From Rhodoferax sp. (lineage in GTDB: Bacteria; Pseudomonadota; Gammaproteobacteria; Burkholderiales; Burkholderiaceae_C): a DNA stretch of 64,000 nucleotides. This document shows, piece by piece, positions 44,981 to 53,013 of the stretch; positions within the stretch are counted from its first letter, which is position 1; every line of letters starts with the position of its first letter. The stretch is from NCBI RefSeq assembly GCF_018780565.1, contig NZ_JADMJN010000013.1, positions 9,882 to 73,881 of the forward strand. The letters run 5' to 3'. The notes under the pieces are model-generated. The model did no database searches. It was not told where the DNA came from and worked only from the letters and a program-made list of their open reading frames with translations. Both the position numbers and the translations under genes were made by a program.

Positions 44981-45150
44981 TCTTTTCTTCTCAAACGATC
45001 CCAAGTTAGCTCAGAGTCCTTGTAAATCAAGGACTTAGCCTGAAAAGGCGGCTCAAGCGGTATCGTTTGATTCCACAACGTCCCGTTCTTGCGTGTACCC
45101 AACGGTGTACCCCAGACTGCTGTTTTTCATCAGTCTATTTTGGGTACACC

Positions 45151-46446
45151 ATGGGACAACTCAACGATCTCCAGATCAGGGCGGCGCAGTCGCTCGATAA
45201 AGAATATTTGCTTGCGGACGGAGAGGGTTTGTACCTTCGCGTGCGACCAACCGCCAAGGTCTGGGTTTACCGTTACAAGCAGCAGGGCAAGGAAGCCAAG
45301 CTGAGCCTTGGACACTATCCTGTCGTATCACTGGTGACGGCGCGCAAGAAGGCGCGTGCTGAAGCTGAAAAGCGAGCTGGTGGCGTTGACCCAAGGGAAG
45401 CGCGCCGTGAGGACGAGGAGCGTGATCGTGTCGCCCGGCTTAACACCTTTGAACTCTTGGCGCGTGCATGGCATGGCCAGGCGAAAAAAGACCGGCAGTG
45501 GTCTGCCGGTTATGCTGAAAAGGTGATCCGGCATCTGGAACTGCACATTTTTCCCTGGATTGGTCACTTGGCGGTGGAAGCCATCAAGCCCACCGAACTT
45601 GTTCGCTGCCTGCACCGCATCAAGGAGCGTGGCAACCTTGAGACCGCACAGCGCGTGCGCGAGGCCGTACAGCACGTGTACCAGTATTCTGTCGATAACG
45701 GAACGCTGGAGCCCGCCCGGAATTTCGTCAATGCCCGTACAGCGGGCCTCCCGTCGCCGCGCAGCCGACATTACGCGGCCATTACTGATCCCAAGCAACT
45801 GGGACAGCTACTGCGCGATATCCAGGCTTACAAGGGCAATGTTCTGACGCGCGCCGCGCTGCAACTGTCCCCCATGCTGTTCCAGCGGCCCGGGCAACTG
45901 CGGCTGGCCCATTGGGAAGACATCAGCTTTGAGCATGAGATATGGCGCTGCCCGCCTGAGAAGATGAAGCTGCGGGAGTGGCAGAAGCGTGACAGCCGGA
46001 CACCGACCCATCTGGTGCCGCTGCCACGGCAAGCGTTGGAGATTCTTCAGGACATTCAGCCGCTGACGGGGCCGACCGGCCCGATTTTTCGCAGCATGGC
46101 GAAGCGCTCGGAGGCGACGCGGTACATGAGCGACAACACGATCAATAGCGCGCTGCGCACGCTCGGTTACGACACGAAGGAACAGATCACAGGGCACGGC
46201 TTTCGGGCGACCGCCCGGACAATGATCCGGGAATACCTGGGTTGGGACCGGGATGTCATCGAAAGGCACCTTGCCCACGTCTCCGACGAAGAACTGGGCG
46301 GCAGCTATGACCGGACTACGTTCTTGGCGCAGCGGCGCGAGATGGTGCAGCTGTGGGCGGATTTTCTGGATGATCTTGCGAAGGGCAAGGAACCTGTCCT
46401 GGCTGACGAGGTGCGCCATTTGAAAGAAAAGAGGCGCGCAACCTGA
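45151..46446 (+). CDS. int: tyrosine-type integrase, P4-like (DUF4102 N-terminal arm-binding domain)
   Basis: N-terminus reads LNDLQIRAAQSLDKEYLLADGEGLYLRVRPTAKVWVYRYK. The catalytic region carries HGFRATARTMIRE and LAHV...SYDR (R..HxxR..Y pattern). It lies adjacent to a tRNA. Confidence 0.9.
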   Translation: MGQLNDLQIRAAQSLDKEYLLADGEGLYLRVRPTAKVWVYRYKQQGKEAKLSLGHYPVVSLVTARKKARAEAEKRAGGVDPREARREDEERDRVARLNTFELLARAWHGQAKKDRQWSAGYAEKVIRHLELHIFPWIGHLAVEAIKPTELVRCLHRIKERGNLETAQRVREAVQHVYQYSVDNGTLEPARNFVNARTAGLPSPRSRHYAAITDPKQLGQLLRDIQAYKGNVLTRAALQLSPMLFQRPGQLRLAHWEDISFEHEIWRCPPEKMKLREWQKRDSRTPTHLVPLPRQALEILQDIQPLTGPTGPIFRSMAKRSEATRYMSDNTINSALRTLGYDTKEQITGHGFRATARTMIREYLGWDRDVIERHLAHVSDEELGGSYDRTTFLAQRREMVQLWADFLDDLAKGKEPVLADEVRHLKEKRRAT

Positions 46447-46500
46447 TCATTGACGCTGCAGCGGCCTTTGATGAGGTCGGTCGCAGGCGTGCTGCCCGCC

Positions 46501-46761
46501 TCAGTTTTGTAAAGCTGATGTTCGATATTTTTCGGGATTGTCGATCCACAGCTGCAATGAGGAGCAGGGCCAGGCGGAGGCCCGCCCACCCAGGTGGACG
46601 GGTGCCGGGAAGCGGCCTTCAGCAATGCGTCGATAGATCGTTGACCGGCTGAGCGCCGAAATGCGCATCACATCGCGCAAGCGGTAGAAGGCTGGTGCGG
46701 GTGAGGGATTCGCTACGACAACACGGTTGATGGGCAGGGCTGGGAAGATATGGTGATGCAT
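46501..46761 (-). CDS. alpA: AlpA-family phage/island transcriptional regulator (HTH)
   Basis: YRLRDVMRISALSRSTIYRRIAEGRFPAPVHLGGRASAWPCSSLQLWI matches the AlpA/prophage CP4-57 regulator pattern. The start is uncertain (46761 or 46668). Confidence 0.75.
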   Translation of the reverse strand: MHHHIFPALPINRVVVANPSPAPAFYRLRDVMRISALSRSTIYRRIAEGRFPAPVHLGGRASAWPCSSLQLWIDNPEKYRTSALQN

Positions 46762-46952
46762 GGCATGTCCTGATTCGTCGATGCCAGAAGGGTGCCGCAG
46801 AGTTCTTGCTGCGAGAACCCAGCGGAGCGTAGATTGGCGTTGCGCAGCGGATGATGGCAGTAGCTGTTTCTGCGTCGCAGGGTTGGGTTTACGTACGCCA
46901 GTGTGAGAAGATGGCGGAAAGGCACATGAATTCGATATTGAGAGGTGGAGAT

Positions 46953-47927
46953 ATGTCACGAGCGGACCTCATAGTCAGTCTCGTCAAAGCGGGAAGTCAG
47001 GGCGATCAGCAGCTGTTGCGAACAACAGTGGAGGCGATGGCGGCGGAAGAGCGCGCAAAGCATCACCATCAGCTTGCCGACAAGCTCGAAGAAAACCTGC
47101 GGGCCGTCAATGGACGCTCACGTACGACCGAGGTCGTCCGTTCATTTGATGGTGGCCACGGCGGCTTGCTGTATGAGGTGGAGCCGCGCCGCGCTCTCGA
47201 AGCGTTGTTCTTGGATGCTGCTTCACTTGCGGCATGCCGCGAATTGGTGGAAGAGCAGCATCGCAAGGATATCCTTCGCTCTTATGGGCTGGAGCCAAGG
47301 CACCGTGTCCTGCTGTCCGGCCCTCCGGGCAACGGTAAGACTTCTCTTGCCGAAGCGATCGCCGCTCAGTTGCTCGTCCCTCTCTTTGTCGTACGGTATG
47401 AGGCGGTCATTGGCAGTTTTCTGGGCGAGACCAGCGGACGGCTGAAGAAGCTGTTCGACTTCGTCCGCACGCATCAATGCGTTTTATTCTTCGACGAATT
47501 CGACACGCTTGGCAAGGAGCGTGGCGACGTCCATGAAACCGGTGAGATCAAGCGCGTTGTCAGTTCGCTGCTGCTGCAGATCGATGCCCTGCCCAGCCAT
47601 GTCGTGGTTGTGACCGCAACCAATCATGCCGAACTGCTGGACCGGGCGGTGTGGCGGCGGTTCCAATTGCGGCTTTCACTGCCGGCACCGACACTTGCGC
47701 AGAAGGAAGAATGGTTCACGCGCTTTCAGGCTCGTCTGGAAGGGCCGCTTGGATTTTCGCCCAAAACCCTGGCCACCAAGATTCAAGCCTCCAGTTTTTC
47801 GGACTTGGAGCAGTTTTGCGAAGATATTCAGCGACGCTATGTGCTGTCGCTCCCCGATGCGAACCTGAAGCGCATCGTGGCGGAAAGGCTCAAGCAATGG
47901 CAGACTCGATTCACCATTAGCCAATAA
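46953..47927 (+). CDS. ietA: AAA+ ATPase (classical clade), IetA-like
   Basis: The ATG is preceded by GGTGGAG. Walker A LLSGPPGNGKTS (47319-47342), Walker B VLFFDEFD, sensor-1 VVVTATN, and arginine finger region AVWRRF. Confidence 0.8.
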   Translation: MSRADLIVSLVKAGSQGDQQLLRTTVEAMAAEERAKHHHQLADKLEENLRAVNGRSRTTEVVRSFDGGHGGLLYEVEPRRALEALFLDAASLAACRELVEEQHRKDILRSYGLEPRHRVLLSGPPGNGKTSLAEAIAAQLLVPLFVVRYEAVIGSFLGETSGRLKKLFDFVRTHQCVLFFDEFDTLGKERGDVHETGEIKRVVSSLLLQIDALPSHVVVVTATNHAELLDRAVWRRFQLRLSLPAPTLAQKEEWFTRFQARLEGPLGFSPKTLATKIQASSFSDLEQFCEDIQRRYVLSLPDANLKRIVAERLKQWQTRFTISQ

Positions 47928-47954
47928 CAAGCGACAACCAGGGATGATCAACGG

Positions 47955-50552
47955 ATGGCAACAGGAAATTTCCCACTTCTATTTTTTCCAGAACCTACAC
48001 CCGCTGATCGAAACTCCCTAGGAGGAGGTGGGGGCTCTGTCCATATCCCGGATATTGCACGCCAGCGTGCCCGAATTGCACCGCAGCTCACCGTACTGCA
48101 ACAGGCGTTTGACGCACAGCGCCTGAAGCTGCAGCAGGCGGCGCCGATGGAGAACCCCGAGCTGATCCTGGTTCTGGAGGTGGCGGGCACGGTGGAGGAG
48201 TTTGCCAAGGCCGTTGTCAAGATACCTGGACTGGAATGGCTAGTTGAGTGGGCCGAGGACCAGATTGAGCCGGATGACGATTTTTACATCCAAGGCAAGG
48301 AAGAAAAGTCATTCTCGGGGCGCTTGTTTCTGTTGGGAAGCAACCAGGAGGCGCTCTCGCAGTTGCTGGCGCTCTGGACCCGTTACCAGAATGACCCCAC
48401 AGCGCAGTTCGAGCGCGGACTGAACAAGTTTCGTAACCTGTTTGGGCAATTACGCAACATCCGCCATTGGAGCATGGCGGACCGTATCGATGTCGACGTT
48501 CGTCAGTATTGGCAGGATTGCATCGATGATGGCCTGCAGGACATCCGCTTCGAAATCGAAGCATGGTATTTCGCGTCGCAGTTGAAGAACGACAAGGCCC
48601 ATGAAGAGATTCAAGCCCTTGTCCATGGGCTTGGGGGACAGGTTCTGCGTCGCGCGCTGATTGGCGAAATTGCCTATCACGGGTTTCTTGTGGAACTGCC
48701 CATGCAGGCAGTTGCTGGTGTAATGGCAGGTGAAACGCCCGAACTGGTGTTGTCTGACCGCATCATGTTCTTCCGCCCAAAAGCGCAGTCGATCACTGAC
48801 GGCGTGAACGAGGCCGATGTACTGCCCCAAGCGCCAGCAGCGGGCGTCTCAGACCGACTGCCGATTGTGGCGCTGCTCGATGGGTTGCCATTGCAGAACC
48901 ACGCACAGCTGCAAGGGCGGTTGTTAGTGGATGACCCGGATGGTTGGGAGGGAAACTACGCCGCCAAGGACCGAGTACACGGTACTGCGATGGCTTCACT
49001 AATCCTGCATGGTGAGCTGGACGGAGCTGCCGAGCCCCTACGCCACCGCCTCTATGTGCGCCCAGTCCTGCGTCCCGATGCAAATGACAACTTCAACGCC
49101 CGCCGGCGCGAACATACACCGGACGATGTATTGCTGATCGACTTGATTCACCGAGCTGTCAAGCGGATCTGCGAAGGCGAAGGCCAGGAGCCCGCAGTGG
49201 CACCGTCGGTGCGTGTTATCAACTTGTCGATCGGTGACGAGGCGCGCTTATTCGAACGCCAGATGTCGCCGTGGGCGCGACTGCTGGATTGGCTGTCGTT
49301 CCGGTATTCCGTGCTCTTCATCGTCAGCGCGGGCAACGACATGCGGCCGCTCAGTCTCGATACACCAAGCGGTACCCTAGATGGACTGACTGCGGAGCAG
49401 CGATCTGCGTTGGCATTCACGGCGATGACCACCGAACACATCGAGCGGCGCCTGCTGGCTCCTGCAGAGGCGCTGAATGTGCTGACCGTCGGCGCCTTGC
49501 ACGCCGATCAGGCAAATCCGCCCGTGGTTCCAGGACGGTTCGATCTCTTCGCGGCTGGCGGGCTCAGTCCGTTGTCGCGCGTCGGCCATGGTTTCCGTCG
49601 AGCCATCAAACCGGACATCCTGATGCCAGGAGGACGTGTGCTTTATCGTGCCAGGATGCAGTCCGATCCGGTTAGCAGTGTGCTGGATGTTGTTACGTCG
49701 GGAGCTGCGCCTGGTCATCGCGTGGCAGTGCCGCCCCTGCAAGGGGAAACTCTGGGCGCGACTGCGTACACCCGCGGCACCAGTAACGCCGCTGCTCTCG
49801 CCAGCCGTGCGGCTGTACAAGCCTATGACATGCTCGAATTGCTGCGTGCCGAGGCGCAAGATGCACCGGGAGCGATGTACGACGCCGTGCTGCTCAAAGC
49901 ATTGTTGATTCATGGTGCGCAATGGGGTGACTGGCCTGAGCGGCTCCTGGCCGAGCATCCAGAAATCCAGGCCATTACCAATGGTGCGGCGAGGCGTGCA
50001 GCCCAGAAGGATCTGGTGACGCGATGGTTGGGGTACGGCCCCGTTGATGTCGAGCGTGCAATTACCTGTGCGTCCGAGCGCGCAACATTGCTCGGTGTGG
50101 GAGAGTTGGGTGCGGACGAAGCCTTTGTGTTTTCTGCGCCTTTACCGCCGACATTGGCCGGCAAGATTGCATGGCGTCGTTTGACAGTGACGTTGGCATG
50201 GATGACGCCAATCAATTGCTCACACCAAGGATACCGCCGCGCCAAACTTTGGATGACGCCGCCGCAAGATCAACTTCGAATCAAACGCGCCAATAGCGTA
50301 CATGACAAAGCGGCGCTACGAGGCTCCGTGCAGCACGAAATACTTGAAGGTCAGGATGCGGTCGCATTCGTTGACGGCAATCGGTTTGAGTGCAAAGTGA
50401 ACTGCACCGCTGACGCAGGTGATTTGATCGGCAAGGTTAGATTTGCGGTCTGCGTGTCCTTGGAAGTTGGTGTCGGCTCGGGTATTCCTGTGTACCAAGA
50501 GATACGCGACAGGATCCGGCCACCCGTCATCATTCAGCCCGTTGCTGGGTAA
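47955..50552 (+). CDS. ietS: S8 (subtilisin-like) serine peptidase with ~300-aa N-terminal extension, IetS-like
   Basis: The catalytic triad is in S8 order: D309 (VALLDG, 48879), H342 (HGTAMAS, 48978) and S610 (GTSNAAA, 49782). No signal peptide is present, so the protein is cytoplasmic. It starts 27 nt after the ATPase gene. Confidence 0.8.
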   Translation: MATGNFPLLFFPEPTPADRNSLGGGGGSVHIPDIARQRARIAPQLTVLQQAFDAQRLKLQQAAPMENPELILVLEVAGTVEEFAKAVVKIPGLEWLVEWAEDQIEPDDDFYIQGKEEKSFSGRLFLLGSNQEALSQLLALWTRYQNDPTAQFERGLNKFRNLFGQLRNIRHWSMADRIDVDVRQYWQDCIDDGLQDIRFEIEAWYFASQLKNDKAHEEIQALVHGLGGQVLRRALIGEIAYHGFLVELPMQAVAGVMAGETPELVLSDRIMFFRPKAQSITDGVNEADVLPQAPAAGVSDRLPIVALLDGLPLQNHAQLQGRLLVDDPDGWEGNYAAKDRVHGTAMASLILHGELDGAAEPLRHRLYVRPVLRPDANDNFNARRREHTPDDVLLIDLIHRAVKRICEGEGQEPAVAPSVRVINLSIGDEARLFERQMSPWARLLDWLSFRYSVLFIVSAGNDMRPLSLDTPSGTLDGLTAEQRSALAFTAMTTEHIERRLLAPAEALNVLTVGALHADQANPPVVPGRFDLFAAGGLSPLSRVGHGFRRAIKPDILMPGGRVLYRARMQSDPVSSVLDVVTSGAAPGHRVAVPPLQGETLGATAYTRGTSNAAALASRAAVQAYDMLELLRAEAQDAPGAMYDAVLLKALLIHGAQWGDWPERLLAEHPEIQAITNGAARRAAQKDLVTRWLGYGPVDVERAITCASERATLLGVGELGADEAFVFSAPLPPTLAGKIAWRRLTVTLAWMTPINCSHQGYRRAKLWMTPPQDQLRIKRANSVHDKAALRGSVQHEILEGQDAVAFVDGNRFECKVNCTADAGDLIGKVRFAVCVSLEVGVGSGIPVYQEIRDRIRPPVIIQPVAG

Positions 50553-50665
50553 AGTGGGATTTGGCCGCTTCAGCCAAAGTTTCGATGGGATGATTTTGAT
50601 ACGCCAAATCGGAGCTGGCTTCGCGCTTTCTTGCGCACGGCGCGTTTGCCACACCGATCTGCTTT

Positions 50666-51655
50666 TTGAGGAAGGAAACTACCCAAGTGAGCATCGATGA
50701 GGAAGACGGTACGATCATCCGATATACAAACAGCCAGCCCATTCGGTTGAGGAACGTAGTTTGTGTCTATTGCGGTGTGAGGCTTACCGACGGCAACTCC
50801 ACCAAGGAGCATGTGGTGGGACGCAGGTTCGTACCCCTTGGCAAGCTGGACGGGCAATGGAACCTGATTGTGGGGGCCTGTTCTCCGTGCAATACACGTA
50901 AGTCGGACCTGGAAGACGACATTGCGGCCGTGTCCATGCAACCTGATGTGTTCGGCCGCTATGCGGTTGCCGACGAAGCGCTTGTAGCGACGGCGAAGCG
51001 CAAAGCCGAGCGAAGCACAAGCCGCAAGACCAAAAAGCCGGTGAAAGAGAGTCAGGCTCGGCTCGCCGTTTCGGGGCAGCTCTCTCCAGTGCTGACGGCG
51101 GATTTTTCCTTTACCGGCCCACCGCAAATTGATGATCACCGAATTTTCGAGCTTGCCCGACATCACGTGATGGCCTTCTTCTTCCTCATTACCTATGATC
51201 GAAAGACTGAGAGGGGGTGGTGGTGGCCAGGTGAGTTCATGCCAATACTCCACGCGCGGCGATCTGACTGGGGCAATGTCTCCTGGATCGGGTTTATGCA
51301 GAACGTCTACCCTTGGGACATGAGAGTGCAAGCGGCGATTGCTGACGACTTCTTTCGATGCTCAATCCGCAAGCACCCGCAGGCCGAATGTTGGTCGTGG
51401 GCATTGGAATGGAATCAGCAGCACCGCATTGCGGGATTCCTGGGTGACAGGTCGGCCGCACAATCCATCGCAAACGGGATCCCCCCTGAGCAGGTGACGA
51501 CTGTATTCAACGAGCCTGGGCGCTATCTGCGTTTTCGGCATGATGTTCCGTTGGCTGAGCAGGACGATATCCTGTTCGCGCATCCGGATGACCAAGAACT
51601 TCCTTCAGCGGGTTCAGCGAGCGAGTCCGCTGCCCAGGCTAGCCAGGAAAACTGA
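50666..51655 (+). CDS. HNH-nuclease-motif protein with ~230-aa uncharacterised C-terminal region
   Basis: CVYCGVRLTDGNSTKEHVVGRRF...NLIVGACSPCNTRKSD fits a CxxC...H...N...CxxC beta-beta-alpha-metal pattern. TTG start at 50666 or GTG at 50687, after an AGGAAGG-like RBS. Confidence 0.65.
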   Translation: MRKETTQVSIDEEDGTIIRYTNSQPIRLRNVVCVYCGVRLTDGNSTKEHVVGRRFVPLGKLDGQWNLIVGACSPCNTRKSDLEDDIAAVSMQPDVFGRYAVADEALVATAKRKAERSTSRKTKKPVKESQARLAVSGQLSPVLTADFSFTGPPQIDDHRIFELARHHVMAFFFLITYDRKTERGWWWPGEFMPILHARRSDWGNVSWIGFMQNVYPWDMRVQAAIADDFFRCSIRKHPQAECWSWALEWNQQHRIAGFLGDRSAAQSIANGIPPEQVTTVFNEPGRYLRFRHDVPLAEQDDILFAHPDDQELPSAGSASESAAQASQEN

Positions 51656-51838
51656 AGCCTTGCTTTTGTTCCGTACCTCGCGGACGCCCAGAACGAATTT
51701 CGCTTTGTTGACGGAACACATCAGCGTATCCGGTGATTGTGAAACTAGAGCACGTCCGTGCAAGGCGACTCGGGAGGAAAAGAAGGATCCTTGACAAAGG
51801 TGGATAGATTCCATTTTTGTTTGTATGCGCCACGCGAG

Positions 51839-51867
51839 TTCGACATGTATCATGTGAGCCCTAATAC
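51839..51867 (+). promoter_or_regulatory. candidate sigma70 promoter for the Thoeris operon
   Basis: TTCGAC (51839-51844), a 17-nt spacer, then TAATAC (51862-51867). It sits in an AT-richer 238-nt gap. RBS GGGAGAG lies 6 nt before the ATG at 51894. Confidence 0.4.
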
Positions 51868-51893
51868 CAAAAATAGTACAGGGAGAGTGAGCA

Positions 51894-52391
51894 ATGGCGC
51901 GAAAGTGTTTTTTCAGTTTTCACTATGTACCCGACTGCGTTCGGGCGTCTCAGGTTCGACAGATCGGCACGATTGAAGGTAACCCACCAGCACGTGACAA
52001 CGACTGGGAAACGGTCGTCGGTGGTGGAGATGCCGCCATAAAGAAATGGATCGCCGGGCAGATGGAAGGCAAGACCTGTGCCATCGTGCTGATCGGCGGG
52101 AACACGGCTAATCGGAAGTGGATCAACCACGAGATTGTGCAGGCCTGGGACCGTGGTTTGGGCATCGTCGGGATTCGCATTCACGGCCTCAAGAATTTCG
52201 ATGGCAATACCGCCTCTCAGGGCGGTAATCCGTTCGACCACGTGACACACGGCACTTCCCAGAAAAAGCTCTCTTCCATTGTGAAGTGTTACACCCCTTC
52301 GGGTTCTGACAGTAAAGAGCGCTATGCGTGGATATCAAAAAACTTAGAGGCAGCCGTCGAGGAAGCAATCGCCATTCGCAAAGCCAACTAA
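51894..52391 (+). CDS. thsB: TIR-like (DUF1863-type) protein, ThsB-like 1
   Basis: KCFFSFHYVPD at the N-terminus, AIVLIGGNTANRKWINHEIVQAW with the conserved Glu, and a length of 165 aa. Confidence 0.7.
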   Translation: MARKCFFSFHYVPDCVRASQVRQIGTIEGNPPARDNDWETVVGGGDAAIKKWIAGQMEGKTCAIVLIGGNTANRKWINHEIVQAWDRGLGIVGIRIHGLKNFDGNTASQGGNPFDHVTHGTSQKKLSSIVKCYTPSGSDSKERYAWISKNLEAAVEEAIAIRKAN

Positions 52392-52412
52392 GCGACATTC
52401 AAGTGAGAGTCC

Positions 52413-53009
52413 ATGAAGCGCTGTAAGGCAACAACAAAAGCCGGACGGCGTTGCCTGAATGGGCAGCGGCCAGGCACCGACTTTTGTGCGGCCCATGCGA
52501 CAGAGATTTCCTCTGGTGAACTACTCGCCACCGCTGCCGGTGCGTTAATCGGCCACGCGTTGGTACCGGGTCTGGGTCTTGTTCTCGGTGGCTTGGCGGG
52601 GCACTCTTTTCGAAATGTGATGGGACCTGACGATATGACGAAAAAGCGTGTGTTCATCAGCTTCGACTTCGACAACGACCGCGTCTTACGGGACTTCATG
52701 CTGGGACAGGCGAAACTGCCCGACTCTCCATTTGAAGTCATCGATCACTCGCTCAAGGAAGCTGCTCCCGAACGGAACTGGGAGGCCAAGGCAAGGGCTG
52801 CGATTGCGCGGTCGGATGTCGTCATCGTCATGGTCGGCAACGCCACGCACCGCGCCAGCGGTGTTCTGAAGGAAATCGCAATGGCACGCGCTGCCGGCGT
52901 GCAGGTGGTGCAGGTCATTGGCTACAAGGACGGGGACTACACCCCTGTTCCGAATGCGGGCCGGCTTTATGCCTGGAATTGGCCTAACCTCAAGAAATTA
53001 CTGAGCTGA
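52413..53009 (+). CDS. thsB: TIR-like (DUF1863-type) protein with N-terminal Cys/His-rich basic motif and Gly-zipper hydrophobic segment, ThsB-like 2
   Basis: RVFISFDFDND and VVIVMVGNATHRASGVLKEIAMA form the TIR-like core. N-terminal KRCKATTKAGRRCLNGQRPGTDFCAAH is followed by LLATAAGALIGHALVPGLGLVLGGLAG. Confidence 0.65.
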   Translation: MKRCKATTKAGRRCLNGQRPGTDFCAAHATEISSGELLATAAGALIGHALVPGLGLVLGGLAGHSFRNVMGPDDMTKKRVFISFDFDNDRVLRDFMLGQAKLPDSPFEVIDHSLKEAAPERNWEAKARAAIARSDVVIVMVGNATHRASGVLKEIAMARAAGVQVVQVIGYKDGDYTPVPNAGRLYAWNWPNLKKLLS

Positions 53010-53013
53010 CCCC

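Noticed and set aside
45005-45040. tRNA-like fragment (GTTAGCTCAGAG...TCCTTGTAAATCAAGGA) just downstream of tRNA-Phe.
   Set aside because: It resembles a D-arm plus an anticodon-like hairpin, but there is no T-arm or acceptor pairing consistent with a tRNA. It is more likely part of the att-region structure or a decayed remnant. It is folded into the att-region finding rather than called as a gene.
46762-46959. Upstream 66 codons of the tracked 152-aa minus-strand ORF containing the AlpA domain.
   Set aside because: AlpA-family proteins are ~60-90 aa. The extension would overlap the ietA-like start and has no homology features.
50570-51331. 253-aa minus-strand ORF opposite the HNH gene.
   Set aside because: It has no motifs or RBS, whereas the plus-strand frame carries a clear HNH signature.
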